A DNA stretch of 64,000 bases from Gemmatimonas sp. (GCA_031414535.1 JANNVQ010000049.1:134292-198291), one strand, 5' to 3'. Numbered from the stretch's first letter, positions 28,570-38,146 are shown. The notes: generated by a model not told the origin, from the sequence alone. A program made the numbers and translations.

Positions 28570-29334
28570 TTAAGGAACGGAAACGGTTGAAGCGATAGTG
28601 GTGCCGGCCTTCGGGTCGCGAATGACATCGAGTGTTCCGATGCGTACGGCACCCACGCCGGCTTGAAGCGCTGCCACCGCGGCTTCGAGCTTTGCGAGCA
28701 TCCCTCCCTGCACCACGCCGCGCGCCGCGAGGTCTTGGATGCCACGGGAATCAAGCCGCGCTATCGGTGCACCATTTTCAAGCACACCCTCCACGTCGGC
28801 CACGAAGCAGAGTTCATCGGCGCCGAGGGCGACCGCGATTGCGGTGGCCGCATCATCGCCATTCACATTCAAACCGGCTCCGGAAGCTGACTCTCGGTCC
28901 CGCGCGAGCGGGGAAACCACCGGAAGCCAGTTGTTGCGGAGCAAGTCGTGCAGGATTGCAACGTCAGCTTTCACATCACGACCGACGCGTCCAAAGGTTT
29001 CGTCGGTCACTCGGGCCGTCAGCAGATTGGCGTCCTCGCCGCTGACGCCCACGGCCCGTGCGCCAGCGGTGAGCAACTGCGCCACGAGCCGCTTGTTGAC
29101 GCTGCCCGAGAGTAGCATCCGCACGATTTCGAGATCCGCGTCACTCGTCACTCGTCGACCACCAACAAACTGCGGCTCCATGCCCAGGCGGCGCTGCATA
29201 GCGCTCACTTCATCGCCGCCGCCATGGACCACGACCACCGAGTTGCCTGACTCGTTCGCCACGTGCGCCAGAAGGGACGGCAGCTCGAGCGTGCCTTGGG
29301 CGCGGCCGCCGAACTTGAACACGCGGGTACTCAC
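28570..29334 (-). CDS. argB: Acetylglutamate kinase
   Basis: KFGG, VVHGGG, GRRVT, LNVNGD, GGMLAKL; GTGA overlap with argC. Confidence 0.95.
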   Translation of the reverse strand: MSTRVFKFGGRAQGTLELPSLLAHVANESGNSVVVVHGGGDEVSAMQRRLGMEPQFVGGRRVTSDADLEIVRMLLSGSVNKRLVAQLLTAGARAVGVSGEDANLLTARVTDETFGRVGRDVKADVAILHDLLRNNWLPVVSPLARDRESASGAGLNVNGDDAATAIAVALGADELCFVADVEGVLENGAPIARLDSRGIQDLAARGVVQGGMLAKLEAAVAALQAGVGAVRIGTLDVIRDPKAGTTIASTVSVP

Positions 29335-30293
29335 AGCGGCAAACCCAACCACTCGTCGAGTCCGAGCATGAGATTGGCATTCTGCAGCGCTTGGCCCGCG
29401 GCGCCTTTCACGAGGTTGTCTATGGCGCTAAAGATCTGAAGCGTTGGGACGCGGACATGCTCCACGTGGCGCACCGCGATGCGCGCGACGTTTCTGCGCT
29501 GAACCTGGCGAAGCTCGGGCAAGGCCTCAACCATTTCGATGAAGCGCTCGCCCGCGTAGCGCTTGTGCCAGAGCGCCAGTGGGTCGGCTGGCGACGTGCG
29601 CAATGGCACCGTAATCGTCGAGAGAATACCGCGCGCCGTCGGGAGCAGGTGCGGCGTGAAGAGCAAATCGCAGTTCGCGCCGGTCATGGCGACAGCGGCA
29701 CGCATCTCGTTCAAGTGCCGATGCGTGTTGCCGACGCCGTAGGCGCGAAAGTTTTCCGTCACTTCACCAAAGAGCAGATCAATGCGCGGATTGAGTCCCG
29801 CTCCGGTCACGCCGCTGGCGGAGTGCACCGACACCGTCGCACCTGGGGCAATCAGATCCGCCTCGAGCAACGGGAGCAACGCGAGCAACGCCGAGGTGGG
29901 ATAACAACCGGGGTTCGCCACCACCTGCGCACCGCGCACCGCGTCACGTTGCCACTCGGTGAGGCCATAAGGGACGGTCTCCACCGCATCGTTGCCGATT
30001 CGCAGGTCGGTGGAGAGGTCCACAACGCGGGCACCGGCGGCGCGTGCGCGCGCGACCCATTGCGCGCTCGCACCATGCGGGAGAGACGAGAACACGAGCG
30101 CCGCCGCTGCGAGAGGCGCGTCTTCAGTGGCAACAAACGTGACCACTCCACCCGGCAATTCCAGTTGCTCGCCGCGCTGCGCGTTGGCGGTGGCGAAGGC
30201 GAGATGGAGGCGTGGGTGCTGGGCGATGAACGCACACAGCTCGCGTCCGGCGTAACCTGAAGCGCCGAGGACGCCTACTGGAATCTTATGCAC
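29331..30293 (-). CDS. argC: N-acetyl-gamma-glutamyl-phosphate reductase
   Basis: GASGYAG, ANPGCYPT, SGVTGAG, DNLVKGAAGQA. Confidence 0.96.
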   Translation of the reverse strand: MHKIPVGVLGASGYAGRELCAFIAQHPRLHLAFATANAQRGEQLELPGGVVTFVATEDAPLAAAALVFSSLPHGASAQWVARARAAGARVVDLSTDLRIGNDAVETVPYGLTEWQRDAVRGAQVVANPGCYPTSALLALLPLLEADLIAPGATVSVHSASGVTGAGLNPRIDLLFGEVTENFRAYGVGNTHRHLNEMRAAVAMTGANCDLLFTPHLLPTARGILSTITVPLRTSPADPLALWHKRYAGERFIEMVEALPELRQVQRRNVARIAVRHVEHVRVPTLQIFSAIDNLVKGAAGQALQNANLMLGLDEWLGLPL

Positions 30294-30299
30294 CTTTAA

Positions 30300-30313
30300 T
30301 GCATAATAATGCT
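30300..30313. promoter_or_regulatory. ARG box-like operator between argC and argR
   Basis: TGCATAATAATGCT matches TGMATAWWWATKCA at 13 of 14 positions. Confidence 0.65.
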
Positions 30314-30386
30314 GGAGCGGATAGTCAATCTCCTTTCCGACCCCGCTTGCCCAGTGCTACACTCCGCCATCCCCCACCTGCACCCA

Positions 30387-30854
30387 GTGACCGCCAGCAA
30401 GCGCGAGCGCCAACATGCCATTCTTGAGCTCATAGGCACCCGAGAGATCGGGAGCCAGGAGGAGCTGCGCCAGCTCTTGCATAAACAGGGGTGGGAAGTC
30501 ACACAGTCCACGCTCTCCCGTGACCTACGCGATCTCCGTGTTGCGCGGGTGCCTTCGCCTGAGGGGACTCGGTATATCGCGGGCGACGCGAGCGGCGACG
30601 ATGGCTCCCGTGCACCGCTCGCGGCTATTCTCCCGCAGCTCTTTCTCTCCCTTGACGGAGTGGGTCCGCTCCTCGTCCTCAGGACCGTGATCGGAGGGGC
30701 GCAACCCGTGGCCTCAGCCATCGATTCCGAATCAGCGAACGATATTTTGGGCACCATTGCCGGCGACGACACCATCCTGATGATTTGCCGGTCCGAAGCC
30801 GCTCGCGAGCGCCTCGCTCGCCGTCTCGGTGGGCTCGCCAAGCAGAACCGATAG
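30387..30854 (+). CDS. argR: Arginine repressor
   Basis: SQEEL, VTQSTLSRDL, GTIAGDDTI. Confidence 0.95.
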   Translation: MTASKRERQHAILELIGTREIGSQEELRQLLHKQGWEVTQSTLSRDLRDLRVARVPSPEGTRYIAGDASGDDGSRAPLAAILPQLFLSLDGVGPLLVLRTVIGGAQPVASAIDSESANDILGTIAGDDTILMICRSEAARERLARRLGGLAKQNR

Positions 30855-30882
30855 TTTTCCTGTCCCTGATTTTTCCATTCAT

Positions 30883-30896
30883 CGCATAGTTATGCG
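30883..30896. promoter_or_regulatory. ARG box-like palindrome upstream of argH
   Basis: CGCATAGTTATGCG. Confidence 0.55.
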
Positions 30897-30950
30897 CTAT
30901 CTTCTGCGGCGTCGCTCTCCTCGGCGTCGTGAGTGGCGCGGGAGTTTTTC

Positions 30951-32345
30951 GTGAGTAGCACTGACGGCTCTCATAAGCTGTGGGGTGGCCGCTTCGCGGG
31001 TGGGCCGGCTCCTGAACTCGAGGCGGTAAACCGCTCCATCGGCACCGACCTTCGACTCTGGCCATTCGATGTCCGGCTGTCCAAAGCGTGGGCGTCGGCG
31101 CTTTCGTCCGCCGGTGTGTACACCGCCGAAGACGCGCGAATCGTACGCGAAGGTCTTGATCGTGTTGCCGATCGCATCGCCGCGGGAGAAGCACCCATCG
31201 CCTCCGACGAGGATGTGCATACCTTCGTTGATCGCCTCCTGCACCTCGAGGTGGCTGGGCCAGCCGGACGCTTGCATACCGGACGCAGTCGAAACGACCA
31301 AGTAGCGACGGACACACGCATGTGGAGCATGGCCGCCCTCGATCGTGTGGATGTTCTCGTGCGCCAGGTGCAGGAAGCCATTCTGCTTCAGGCGGAGACG
31401 CATCGCGAGGCCATCATGCCTGCCTACACCCACCTGCAGCGCGCGCAACCCGTCTCGGTGGCGCATTGGTTGCTTTCGCACTTCTGGGCTCTGGGACGGG
31501 ACCGTCAGCGCATCGCGGCGGCCCGCCGTGCGGCCGCCGTTCTTCCACTCGGCTCTGGCGCTATCGCTGGCTCGGCGTTCCCGATCCCTCGGGATCAACT
31601 ACGTGATGAGCTCGGCTTTGAGCGCATCTCCGCAAATTCCATCGACGCCGTTGGTGATCGCGATTTTATCGCCGAAGCCCTGTTCGCCCTCACGATGCTG
31701 GGCACGCACTGCTCCCGAATTGCCGAGGACCTGATTCTCTTTGGGTCCAGTGAATTTGGATTTGTCCGCTACGGTGACGCGTACTCGACGGGATCCTCGA
31801 TGATGCCGCAGAAGCGGAATCCCGACGCACTCGAGCTGGCGCGTGGATCAGGCGCGCGGATGCTCGGGGACTTGGTTGCACTGGTGGGCACCCTTAAGGG
31901 ACTGCCGAGTGGCTACAACAAGGACCTACAGGAAGACAAGCGCGCCCTCTTTGATGCCGTGGACGGGATGGAGTTGCTGCTGCCAGCGGTCGCTGGTTCG
32001 ATTGCGACGTTGCGCTTTGAGATCAAACGGATGCGCGAGGCCGTCAGTGGAGCGATGATGGCCACGGATCTTGCGGACTACCTGGTGCGAAAGTCGGTCA
32101 GCTTCCGCGAGGCGCACGGTGCGGTGGGGCGTTTGGTGCGCGAGGCTGAGGAGGCTGGCGTGGACCTCGCTGCGTTACCGTTTGGCTCGTTCGCGGCTGC
32201 GCACGCATCTTTTGAGACGGATGTTTTGGTCGAGTTGACGCCTGAGCGCTCACTGGAGCACCGAAACATCGCCGGAGGCACTGGTCCGGCATCGGTAGCC
32301 GCGCAGCTTGTTGACGCACGCGTTTCAATTAGCGCATCGCTTTGA
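30951..32345 (+). CDS. argH: Argininosuccinate lyase
   Basis: LWGGRF, HTGRSRNDQ, YTHLQRAQP, GSSMMPQKRNPD, YNKDLQEDK. Confidence 0.97.
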   Translation: MSSTDGSHKLWGGRFAGGPAPELEAVNRSIGTDLRLWPFDVRLSKAWASALSSAGVYTAEDARIVREGLDRVADRIAAGEAPIASDEDVHTFVDRLLHLEVAGPAGRLHTGRSRNDQVATDTRMWSMAALDRVDVLVRQVQEAILLQAETHREAIMPAYTHLQRAQPVSVAHWLLSHFWALGRDRQRIAAARRAAAVLPLGSGAIAGSAFPIPRDQLRDELGFERISANSIDAVGDRDFIAEALFALTMLGTHCSRIAEDLILFGSSEFGFVRYGDAYSTGSSMMPQKRNPDALELARGSGARMLGDLVALVGTLKGLPSGYNKDLQEDKRALFDAVDGMELLLPAVAGSIATLRFEIKRMREAVSGAMMATDLADYLVRKSVSFREAHGAVGRLVREAEEAGVDLAALPFGSFAAAHASFETDVLVELTPERSLEHRNIAGGTGPASVAAQLVDARVSISASL

Positions 32346-32400
32346 ATTTTATGGATTTAAGCCAATAGAAACTTTATAGAAAGTTGTATTCATATAGCGT

Positions 32401-32443
32401 TTGCACAGCTCACGGTTTAGGATATGATATCCTAAACCGTGAG
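32401..32443 (+). promoter_or_regulatory. Sigma70-like promoter overlapped by a perfect 35-bp palindrome
   Basis: TTGCAC-N16-TATGAT (32401-32428); CTCACGGTTTAGGATAT-G-ATATCCTAAACCGTGAG (32409-32443). Confidence 0.7.
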
Positions 32444-32449
32444 TTTATT

Positions 32450-32878
32450 TTGCGAGCTGTCACAGGGGCAACCGCTGCGGACATTTTAGAGATTGAGCAG
32501 AAGTCATTCGACAACCTGCTCCTGCGGATTGGATCGGATGCAATCGCGCCGGGACGTCAGGGCGTTGAACGCCGCATTCCGGTTGCCCTGATCGAGGACT
32601 TGCTTCTGTCCTTGGAGCTCTCGAGAGGTCTGTCCATACCGACCACACAAGCCTTCCAGCTCGCCAGGCGTTTGCTGGGGCGAAGTCCAGAGTCTGGTCG
32701 TCCAGATCTGGAGGCCGCATTTGTGGGGAGTCTGCACGTCGGCGCCTACATCCAGATTGGCGTCGATGTCAACGCGGTTCGCCGACAAGTTCAGGAGCGC
32801 TTGGAGGCCGCCGTTGAGACCGTGGTGAGGCGGAGGCGCGGAAGACCGCCGCGCAACGCGATGCCAGAACGAGCCTAG
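32450..32878 (+). CDS. Hypothetical DNA-binding protein (HTH-like N-terminus, C-terminal AT-hook)
   Basis: TGATAADILEIEQKSFDNLL; ends RRRRGRPPR. TTG start inferred. Confidence 0.65.
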   Translation: MRAVTGATAADILEIEQKSFDNLLLRIGSDAIAPGRQGVERRIPVALIEDLLLSLELSRGLSIPTTQAFQLARRLLGRSPESGRPDLEAAFVGSLHVGAYIQIGVDVNAVRRQVQERLEAAVETVVRRRRGRPPRNAMPERA

Positions 32879-32880
32879 GA

Positions 32881-32917
32881 AATCAAACGGGGCCCGGAGC
32901 TTTCGCTCCGGGCCCCG
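32881..32917 (-). terminator. Intrinsic terminator of the minus-strand csp (possibly bidirectional)
   Basis: 13-bp stem CGGGGCCCGGAGC/GCTCCGGGCCCCG; GAAA loop and TTTGATT tail on the minus strand. Confidence 0.85.
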
Positions 32918-32938
32918 CCCGATTGTGCCGGCTCGTGG

Positions 32939-33148
32939 TTACGAAACCTTAGAGACGTTCTCGGCAGCCGGACCCTTGGCCCCCTGCACGATGTCAAACT
33001 CTACGGTGTCACCCTCGGCGAGCGACTTGAAGCCGGAACCCTGGATCGCGCTGTAGTGCACGAAGCAATCCTTGGTGCCGTTGTCGGGCGTGATGAACCC
33101 GAAACCCTTCGCATCGTTGAACCACTTCACCTTGCCGGTCGTACGCAT
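32939..33148 (-). CDS. Cold-shock protein (CspA family), second paralogue
   Basis: [40 protein letters not shown]. Confidence 0.97.
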   Translation of the reverse strand: MRTTGKVKWFNDAKGFGFITPDNGTKDCFVHYSAIQGSGFKSLAEGDTVEFDIVQGAKGPAAENVSKVS

Positions 33149-33273
33149 TCCCTACTCCTGATGATGTTGATTGATGCTGGGAGCGGAACGCGCCGCACCT
33201 GCACAATCGTACTCGCGAGACTCTATGGTCCCTCGCGCTGGACCATCTCCCAGAAAGTCTGAGAGACGTAGTA

Positions 33274-33302
33274 AAGCTAGGGTGGACGGGAACGCACCGC
33301 AA
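33274..33302 (-). promoter_or_regulatory. Candidate csp promoter
   Basis: Minus strand TTGCGG-N17-TAGCTT, implying a 5' UTR of about 120 nt. Confidence 0.5.
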
Positions 33303-33481
33303 TAGCTAGGCGTTGCCGGCCGCTACCAAGTTGGCCTCCGGGACACGTGACCCCGAGCAGGGTTCGCGCGTCCGGCGGGACCGTTGGGATAGCCCCCGTG
33401 CGTTGCTACCATTGTATGGAGCAATACGCCGGCGCCGGGACCTTCCCCGCCCCGTCCTCATCATTTTTTCGCCGATTTTCC

Positions 33482-34720
33482 GTGCCGTCGCCATTCAAGC
33501 CCCGCCGCAAGTCCGTAACTGCCTCCGTAGGCTCCGTGAAGGTGGGGTCGGACCATCCGATTGTTGTGCAGTCCATGACCAACACCGACACCGCTGACGC
33601 GGAAGGCACCGCAACGCAGGTGGCGGCGCTGTGGCGCGCCGGCTCGCAGATCGTGCGCATCACGGTAAACAACGATGAAGCCGCCGCCGCGGTCCCAGAG
33701 CTGATGCAGCGTCTCGCCGACAAGGGCATTGATGTACCCATCGTCGGCGACTTCCACTACAACGGCCACTTACTTCTCAGGAAGTATCCGAAGACCGCGG
33801 AGCTGTTGGCGAAGTACCGCATCAATCCGGGCAACGTTGGGACTAAGCATCGCGACGACAACTTCCGCACGATCGTGCAAGTCGCCGTGGACAACGACAA
33901 GCCCGTGCGCATCGGTGTGAACTGGGGATCGCTCGACCAGGATTTGCTTACGCAGATGATGGACGAGAACGCCAAACTGACGAACCCGCTCGAGGCGAAG
34001 GAAGTGTACTTCGAGGCGATGTTGGAGTCGGCGCTCCGCTCGGCGGCGCTCGCCGAGGAGACGGGTTTACGCCACGACCAGATTCTTATTTCTGCGAAGA
34101 TCTCGCAGGTGCAGGATCTGCTGACAGTGTATCGCCGTCTCGCCACGCGCTGCGACTATCCATTGCACCTCGGACTGACCGAGGCCGGACTGGGCACCAA
34201 GGGCGTGGTCGCCACCACGGCCGCGCTCTCGCTGATTCTTGCGGAAGGCATCGGCGACACCATACGTGTGTCGCTCACCCCGCGTCCCGGTGGCGATCGC
34301 ACCGAGGAAGTTCTCGTGGCGCAGCAGGTGCTCCAATCGCTGGAGCTTCGCTCGTTCACGCCGCAGGTCACCTCCTGCCCGGGCTGCGGTCGCACCACCT
34401 CGACCTTCTTCCAGAAGATGGCTGAGGACATTCAGAACTACTTGCGCGACCAAATGCCGCTCTGGCGCGACTCGCACCCGGGCGTCGAAGAGATGAAGGT
34501 TGCTGTGATGGGTTGCGTGGTGAATGGGCCGGGCGAGTCCAAGCACGCGAACCTCGGCATTTCCTTGCCCGGCACCTTCGAGGAACCGAAGGCTCCCGTC
34601 TACGTAGATGGCAAACTGCGGGTGACGCTCAAGGGCGACAACATCGTACCCGAGTTCCTCGTCATTCTGAATGAGTACGTGGAGCGGACGTATCCGGCCA
34701 CGAGCGGGGCGGGGCGCTAG
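33482..34720 (+). CDS. ispG: 4-hydroxy-3-methylbut-2-en-1-yl diphosphate synthase
   Basis: [49 protein letters not shown]. Confidence 0.97.
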   Translation: MPSPFKPRRKSVTASVGSVKVGSDHPIVVQSMTNTDTADAEGTATQVAALWRAGSQIVRITVNNDEAAAAVPELMQRLADKGIDVPIVGDFHYNGHLLLRKYPKTAELLAKYRINPGNVGTKHRDDNFRTIVQVAVDNDKPVRIGVNWGSLDQDLLTQMMDENAKLTNPLEAKEVYFEAMLESALRSAALAEETGLRHDQILISAKISQVQDLLTVYRRLATRCDYPLHLGLTEAGLGTKGVVATTAALSLILAEGIGDTIRVSLTPRPGGDRTEEVLVAQQVLQSLELRSFTPQVTSCPGCGRTTSTFFQKMAEDIQNYLRDQMPLWRDSHPGVEEMKVAVMGCVVNGPGESKHANLGISLPGTFEEPKAPVYVDGKLRVTLKGDNIVPEFLVILNEYVERTYPATSGAGR

Positions 34721-34727
34721 GGCCCGA

Positions 34728-35324
34728 CTAACGCTTCTCGAGTTCAGCGACCAGATCGCCGAGTTCACGCGCGATGGGCGCGTCGAAGCCGACGGCCTCT
34801 AGGCGGTTTCGTACGTCGCGGTACCATTGTAGGCTGCCGACGCGTCCGCCTCCGAAACGCCCCCAGACGCTCTCGGGATCGATGGTGCGACGCAGGTCAG
34901 CCAGGATGCTCCCGGCGTTGTGCACTTTATCGGCCGCGCAGACCCAGCGGGCAGTGTCGCTCGCCGTGGCGAGACGCTCGAGATAGTCGCGCCGAATGTC
35001 CTCGCGCGAAAGCTCAACGCCCTCATCATCGAATTTGCGCTTGGTGACCGCGAGTACAGCCTCAAGCACGGGCGGGCCGAACTTTGCCGCGATTCGTTCT
35101 TCCAGCATCTCGCGCGTCCAACCGTCGCGCACACAATCCTCAACGACATCGTGCAGGATGCCCGCGATCACCGTGTCCTCGTCGCGATCGTATCGCGTGA
35201 GAATCAGCGCCACGTTGGCCGGATGCGTGAGATAGGGCAGGCGAGTGCCCTTCCGCACTTGGCGGTCGTGATGCTTCGCCGCGAAGGCGAAGGCGTGATT
35301 GATGCGATCAGAGTAGCCAGTCAT
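34728..35324 (-). CDS. Stand-alone RelA/SpoT-type HD hydrolase (small alarmone hydrolase/Mesh1-like)
   Basis: AAKHH.RQVRKG...PYLTHP, ILHDVVED, ADKVHN. Confidence 0.85.
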   Translation of the reverse strand: MTGYSDRINHAFAFAAKHHDRQVRKGTRLPYLTHPANVALILTRYDRDEDTVIAGILHDVVEDCVRDGWTREMLEERIAAKFGPPVLEAVLAVTKRKFDDEGVELSREDIRRDYLERLATASDTARWVCAADKVHNAGSILADLRRTIDPESVWGRFGGGRVGSLQWYRDVRNRLEAVGFDAPIARELGDLVAELEKR

Positions 35325-35356
35325 CTGTGTTGCGGGAACTTAGTGCGAGGTCAGAG

Positions 35357-35797
35357 CTAACGCACGATGTACGCGCTCAGTTGCGCATCGAGAATTGCGA
35401 GCGCCGCACCTTGGGCGACGATCGCCGCGCCCGCACCGATGAGTCCGGGGCGACGGGGGGCGCTAAACCCAAATGCCATCAGAGTGATCCCCAGCATCGC
35501 ATAGCCGACATCAAGCCCGATGTTGAGCCAAAGAAAACGATCGAGGGCTATGGCCCCCGCGAGGTCTCGCGCTGCGATGCCTCTCCAGGCTGCCGCGACA
35601 ATCAACAGGTCCACGACGCCCCAGGCGCCGCTTTGAATTCCAAGGTGCCGCCAAAAGCTCTGCTGCGCGGGCTTCATGCGACGGGCCAGCAGAACGGCGA
35701 GCAGGCCCCCGGCGATGGACCCGACGGCCCAGATGCACAATCTCCCTAGGTGACCGCGCTCAAGATTGGCAAGCGCATCTCCGACCAAATAGTCCAT
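35357..35797 (-). CDS. Small multi-pass membrane protein
   Basis: Four hydrophobic segments; WGVVDLLI, LNIGLDVGY. Confidence 0.75.
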   Translation of the reverse strand: MDYLVGDALANLERGHLGRLCIWAVGSIAGGLLAVLLARRMKPAQQSFWRHLGIQSGAWGVVDLLIVAAAWRGIAARDLAGAIALDRFLWLNIGLDVGYAMLGITLMAFGFSAPRRPGLIGAGAAIVAQGAALAILDAQLSAYIVR

Positions 35798-35815
35798 TGT
35801 GTTCCGATAGATGTC

Positions 35816-37453
35816 TTATTGTGGCTTTTTGATGGCTTCTTGAACCGCTTTGAATGAGCCGCCAGGTGTTCTCCCTTTTCGCTTTGACAGCCAGGCCGCA
35901 AGCTCCGCGCGCGAGGGAAGATCTGGGACCGGGGCGTCCCACAGCACCAAGCTATGCACCGGGTCATGCCCGACTTCGACCACTTGCGTAGCGCGCTGCA
36001 ACGCGGCGAGCGGTGTCTCGCCCACGAGGGCGACCAACACCACCGGCGCGCCGGGAAGCATGGCGCGCGCTTCCACGAGATCACGCAGGGCGACGGCGAC
36101 AATGGAGAACTCAAAGTTCTCACGAAAGCGATGGAAGTCCGCGAGTGCTTCGGCACGACGCTCAGGCTCCGCCGCATCACGCGTTGTGCCGGCGGGCAAC
36201 ATCGCAATGGAAAGGCCGTCACTTGAGCCCACGTTGCGCGCGACTTCGCGCCACGTGAATGCGCCTGCCAATGCGTCGCTGACGCCTGGCTCTGGATGAT
36301 CTCGAAAGACTCGCGCCAGGGCGATCTGTTCGGTGTCGCACTCCGCGACGAGCGTGGTGCGGTGATCCGCCGCGGCAGCGATTGCGAGTCGCGCTCCGAC
36401 AGCCGCGACCACCACTCCGTCCTCACCGGTGACAATTACCGCGCGTGTGCGAGTTCCCGTGGAGGTCAATTGCAAATACAGCACGCGGAATGGATCTACG
36501 CCGCTGGGGCGAAAGCGGAGTGGACCTTCGGGCAAGCCATCGCGGACCAACGAGAGCGCCGGTGCACCCACGGCCCGCTCGGCCTCAAGCGGGTGTGCGA
36601 CACGCGGCTCACCCAACTCACGAAGTAAGGCGGCACCAATCCGCACGAGCAGGCCAATCAACACCAACGCGAGCATAGCGAGCCCGGGCGATACCACCGG
36701 CACGCTGGACCGCGCGGCCGCAACGCCCTCGAGCTCCGCGTTCAATGCGCGCACGGCGTCGTCGTACGCACGCTGCGCCGCGGCGAGCGTATCGCGCTCC
36801 GCTCTCATGATAGCTGCTATGACGGCGGTGTCGAACACTGCGGGCGGCACGATACGTTCGGACTGCACGGTCGGGGTTCTCGCTTCCCCAAGTGTGCGTA
36901 GTCGGTACTCTGCCATCGCGATAATCACACCAGCGAGTCGTGTTGACTCCGAAGCTGACTGAGCAGTACGAAACGAGTCGGCAGTCGCGCGCATTCTTGG
37001 GCCGGTAGCTACGGCAGGGTGTCCAGCGACGGCGAGAACCAGATCACGCGCACGCGCGACGTTGGCCGCCGCAATCGCTCGAGCCAGAGAGCGTGGTGGT
37101 GTTGCCCTCACGGCAGGGCGGCGAGCGACGGGCGCGGGCGTGGTGACAACCGCGAGCGCCGCGCTCAGGCTCGAGTCCGCGGCCGCGGCGCGCTGTCGTG
37201 CACGGGCGAGCGCGGCGGAGGTGCGCAACGTGTCGGCTGCCGCCCGCTCCATCTGCAGCTGCAGCTCAGCTTGCGGATCGCCCATCGCAACAGGTATCAG
37301 CAATGCAATCACCGCGGCCGTGCCACCGACGGCCAACCACCAACGCACAAAGCGACGGGTGCGTCGTAGCGCCAACGTCAGTCGCGCGCCAAGCCAAAGC
37401 ATCCCGGTGAGTGGACGCTGGGGTGGACGAGAGCGTGTTGTGGCCGGTGGCAT
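35816..37453 (-). CDS. Wzc/CapB-like membrane protein with a degenerate kinase domain
   Basis: Two TM segments flanking a coiled region, then EAERAVGAPAL, DPFRVL, ARLAIAAA..TLVAECD, PGVSDALAG; Walker A absent. Confidence 0.65.
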   Translation of the reverse strand: MPPATTRSRPPQRPLTGMLWLGARLTLALRRTRRFVRWWLAVGGTAAVIALLIPVAMGDPQAELQLQMERAAADTLRTSAALARARQRAAAADSSLSAALAVVTTPAPVARRPAVRATPPRSLARAIAAANVARARDLVLAVAGHPAVATGPRMRATADSFRTAQSASESTRLAGVIIAMAEYRLRTLGEARTPTVQSERIVPPAVFDTAVIAAIMRAERDTLAAAQRAYDDAVRALNAELEGVAAARSSVPVVSPGLAMLALVLIGLLVRIGAALLRELGEPRVAHPLEAERAVGAPALSLVRDGLPEGPLRFRPSGVDPFRVLYLQLTSTGTRTRAVIVTGEDGVVVAAVGARLAIAAAADHRTTLVAECDTEQIALARVFRDHPEPGVSDALAGAFTWREVARNVGSSDGLSIAMLPAGTTRDAAEPERRAEALADFHRFRENFEFSIVAVALRDLVEARAMLPGAPVVLVALVGETPLAALQRATQVVEVGHDPVHSLVLWDAPVPDLPSRAELAAWLSKRKGRTPGGSFKAVQEAIKKPQ

Positions 37454-37487
37454 GTTGTGACTAGTAGCAGAGAAGTGGGACCAACGC

Positions 37488-37527
37488 AAACGGGCGGCGG
37501 CGAGTTAGACTCGCCACCGCCCGTTTT
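37488..37527 (-). terminator. Intrinsic terminator after the cupredoxin gene (bidirectional-looking)
   Basis: AAACGGGCGGCGGCGAGT-TAG-ACTCGCCACCGCCCGTTTT. Confidence 0.8.
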
Positions 37528-37563
37528 ATGAGGTCCGCGCCTCGCGGCGCGGCGACTCAATCC

Positions 37564-38058
37564 TTACTGCACCGTGATCACGCCCTTCATGTTCATGGCG
37601 AGGTGCGGGGTGCAATTATAGTCGTACGTGCCGGCCGGGATGTTGGCGAACGAGAGGGTGAAGCCCTCGTTGGCGGCCAGATACATCTGCGACGACAGCT
37701 CGGCCATGCGCGAGGTGCCGAAGTTCGCGTCGAGCTGCGACTTCACAGCCGGAGCCAGCGCGGCGCCAGTGAACGCAACGTTGTGCGGGAAGCCAGAGAC
37801 CGCGACGAACTTCACGGCGTCACCCGACTTGATCGTCAGGTTGGCTGGCTCAAAGCGATAGCCCTTGTCATCACCGACCATCTTGATCTCGTGCACGGTG
37901 CCCGTGGCGGGCGCCATGGTCACGGCACCAGCAGCCGGAGCGGCCTCAGCAGCCGGGGTGGCGGCCGGGGTCTCGGTCGCCGGGGTGGTCTCGGAACCGC
38001 CGCCGCAGGCGGCGAACATGATCGCGCTCGCGACGAGCGCCACGGACTTGAACTGCAT
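37564..38058 (-). CDS. Plastocyanin/azurin-family blue copper lipoprotein
   Basis: Lipobox FAAC, FEP..LTIK.GD, PHNV, Y.YNCTPHLAMNMKG; GGAGG RBS. Confidence 0.93.
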   Translation of the reverse strand: MQFKSVALVASAIMFAACGGGSETTPATETPAATPAAEAAPAAGAVTMAPATGTVHEIKMVGDDKGYRFEPANLTIKSGDAVKFVAVSGFPHNVAFTGAALAPAVKSQLDANFGTSRMAELSSQMYLAANEGFTLSFANIPAGTYDYNCTPHLAMNMKGVITVQ

Positions 38059-38128
38059 TGAGAAATGGCCTCCAGGCCGAACAGATAAAAATGTGAGGAG
38101 TTGTGGTATCCGCGGAGTCATCCGCAGG

Positions 38129-38146
38129 TTGTGAAAAATATCACAA
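38129..38146. promoter_or_regulatory. Rex- or CRP/FNR-type operator
   Basis: TTGTGAAAAATATCACAA contains TGTGA-N6-TCACA and is one mismatch from Rex TTGTGAA-N4-TTCACAA. Confidence 0.7.

Noticed and set aside
32346..32443. Possible dif (XerCD) site
   Set aside because: Partial similarity to the XerD arm only; no 11-6-11 arrangement with a XerC arm.
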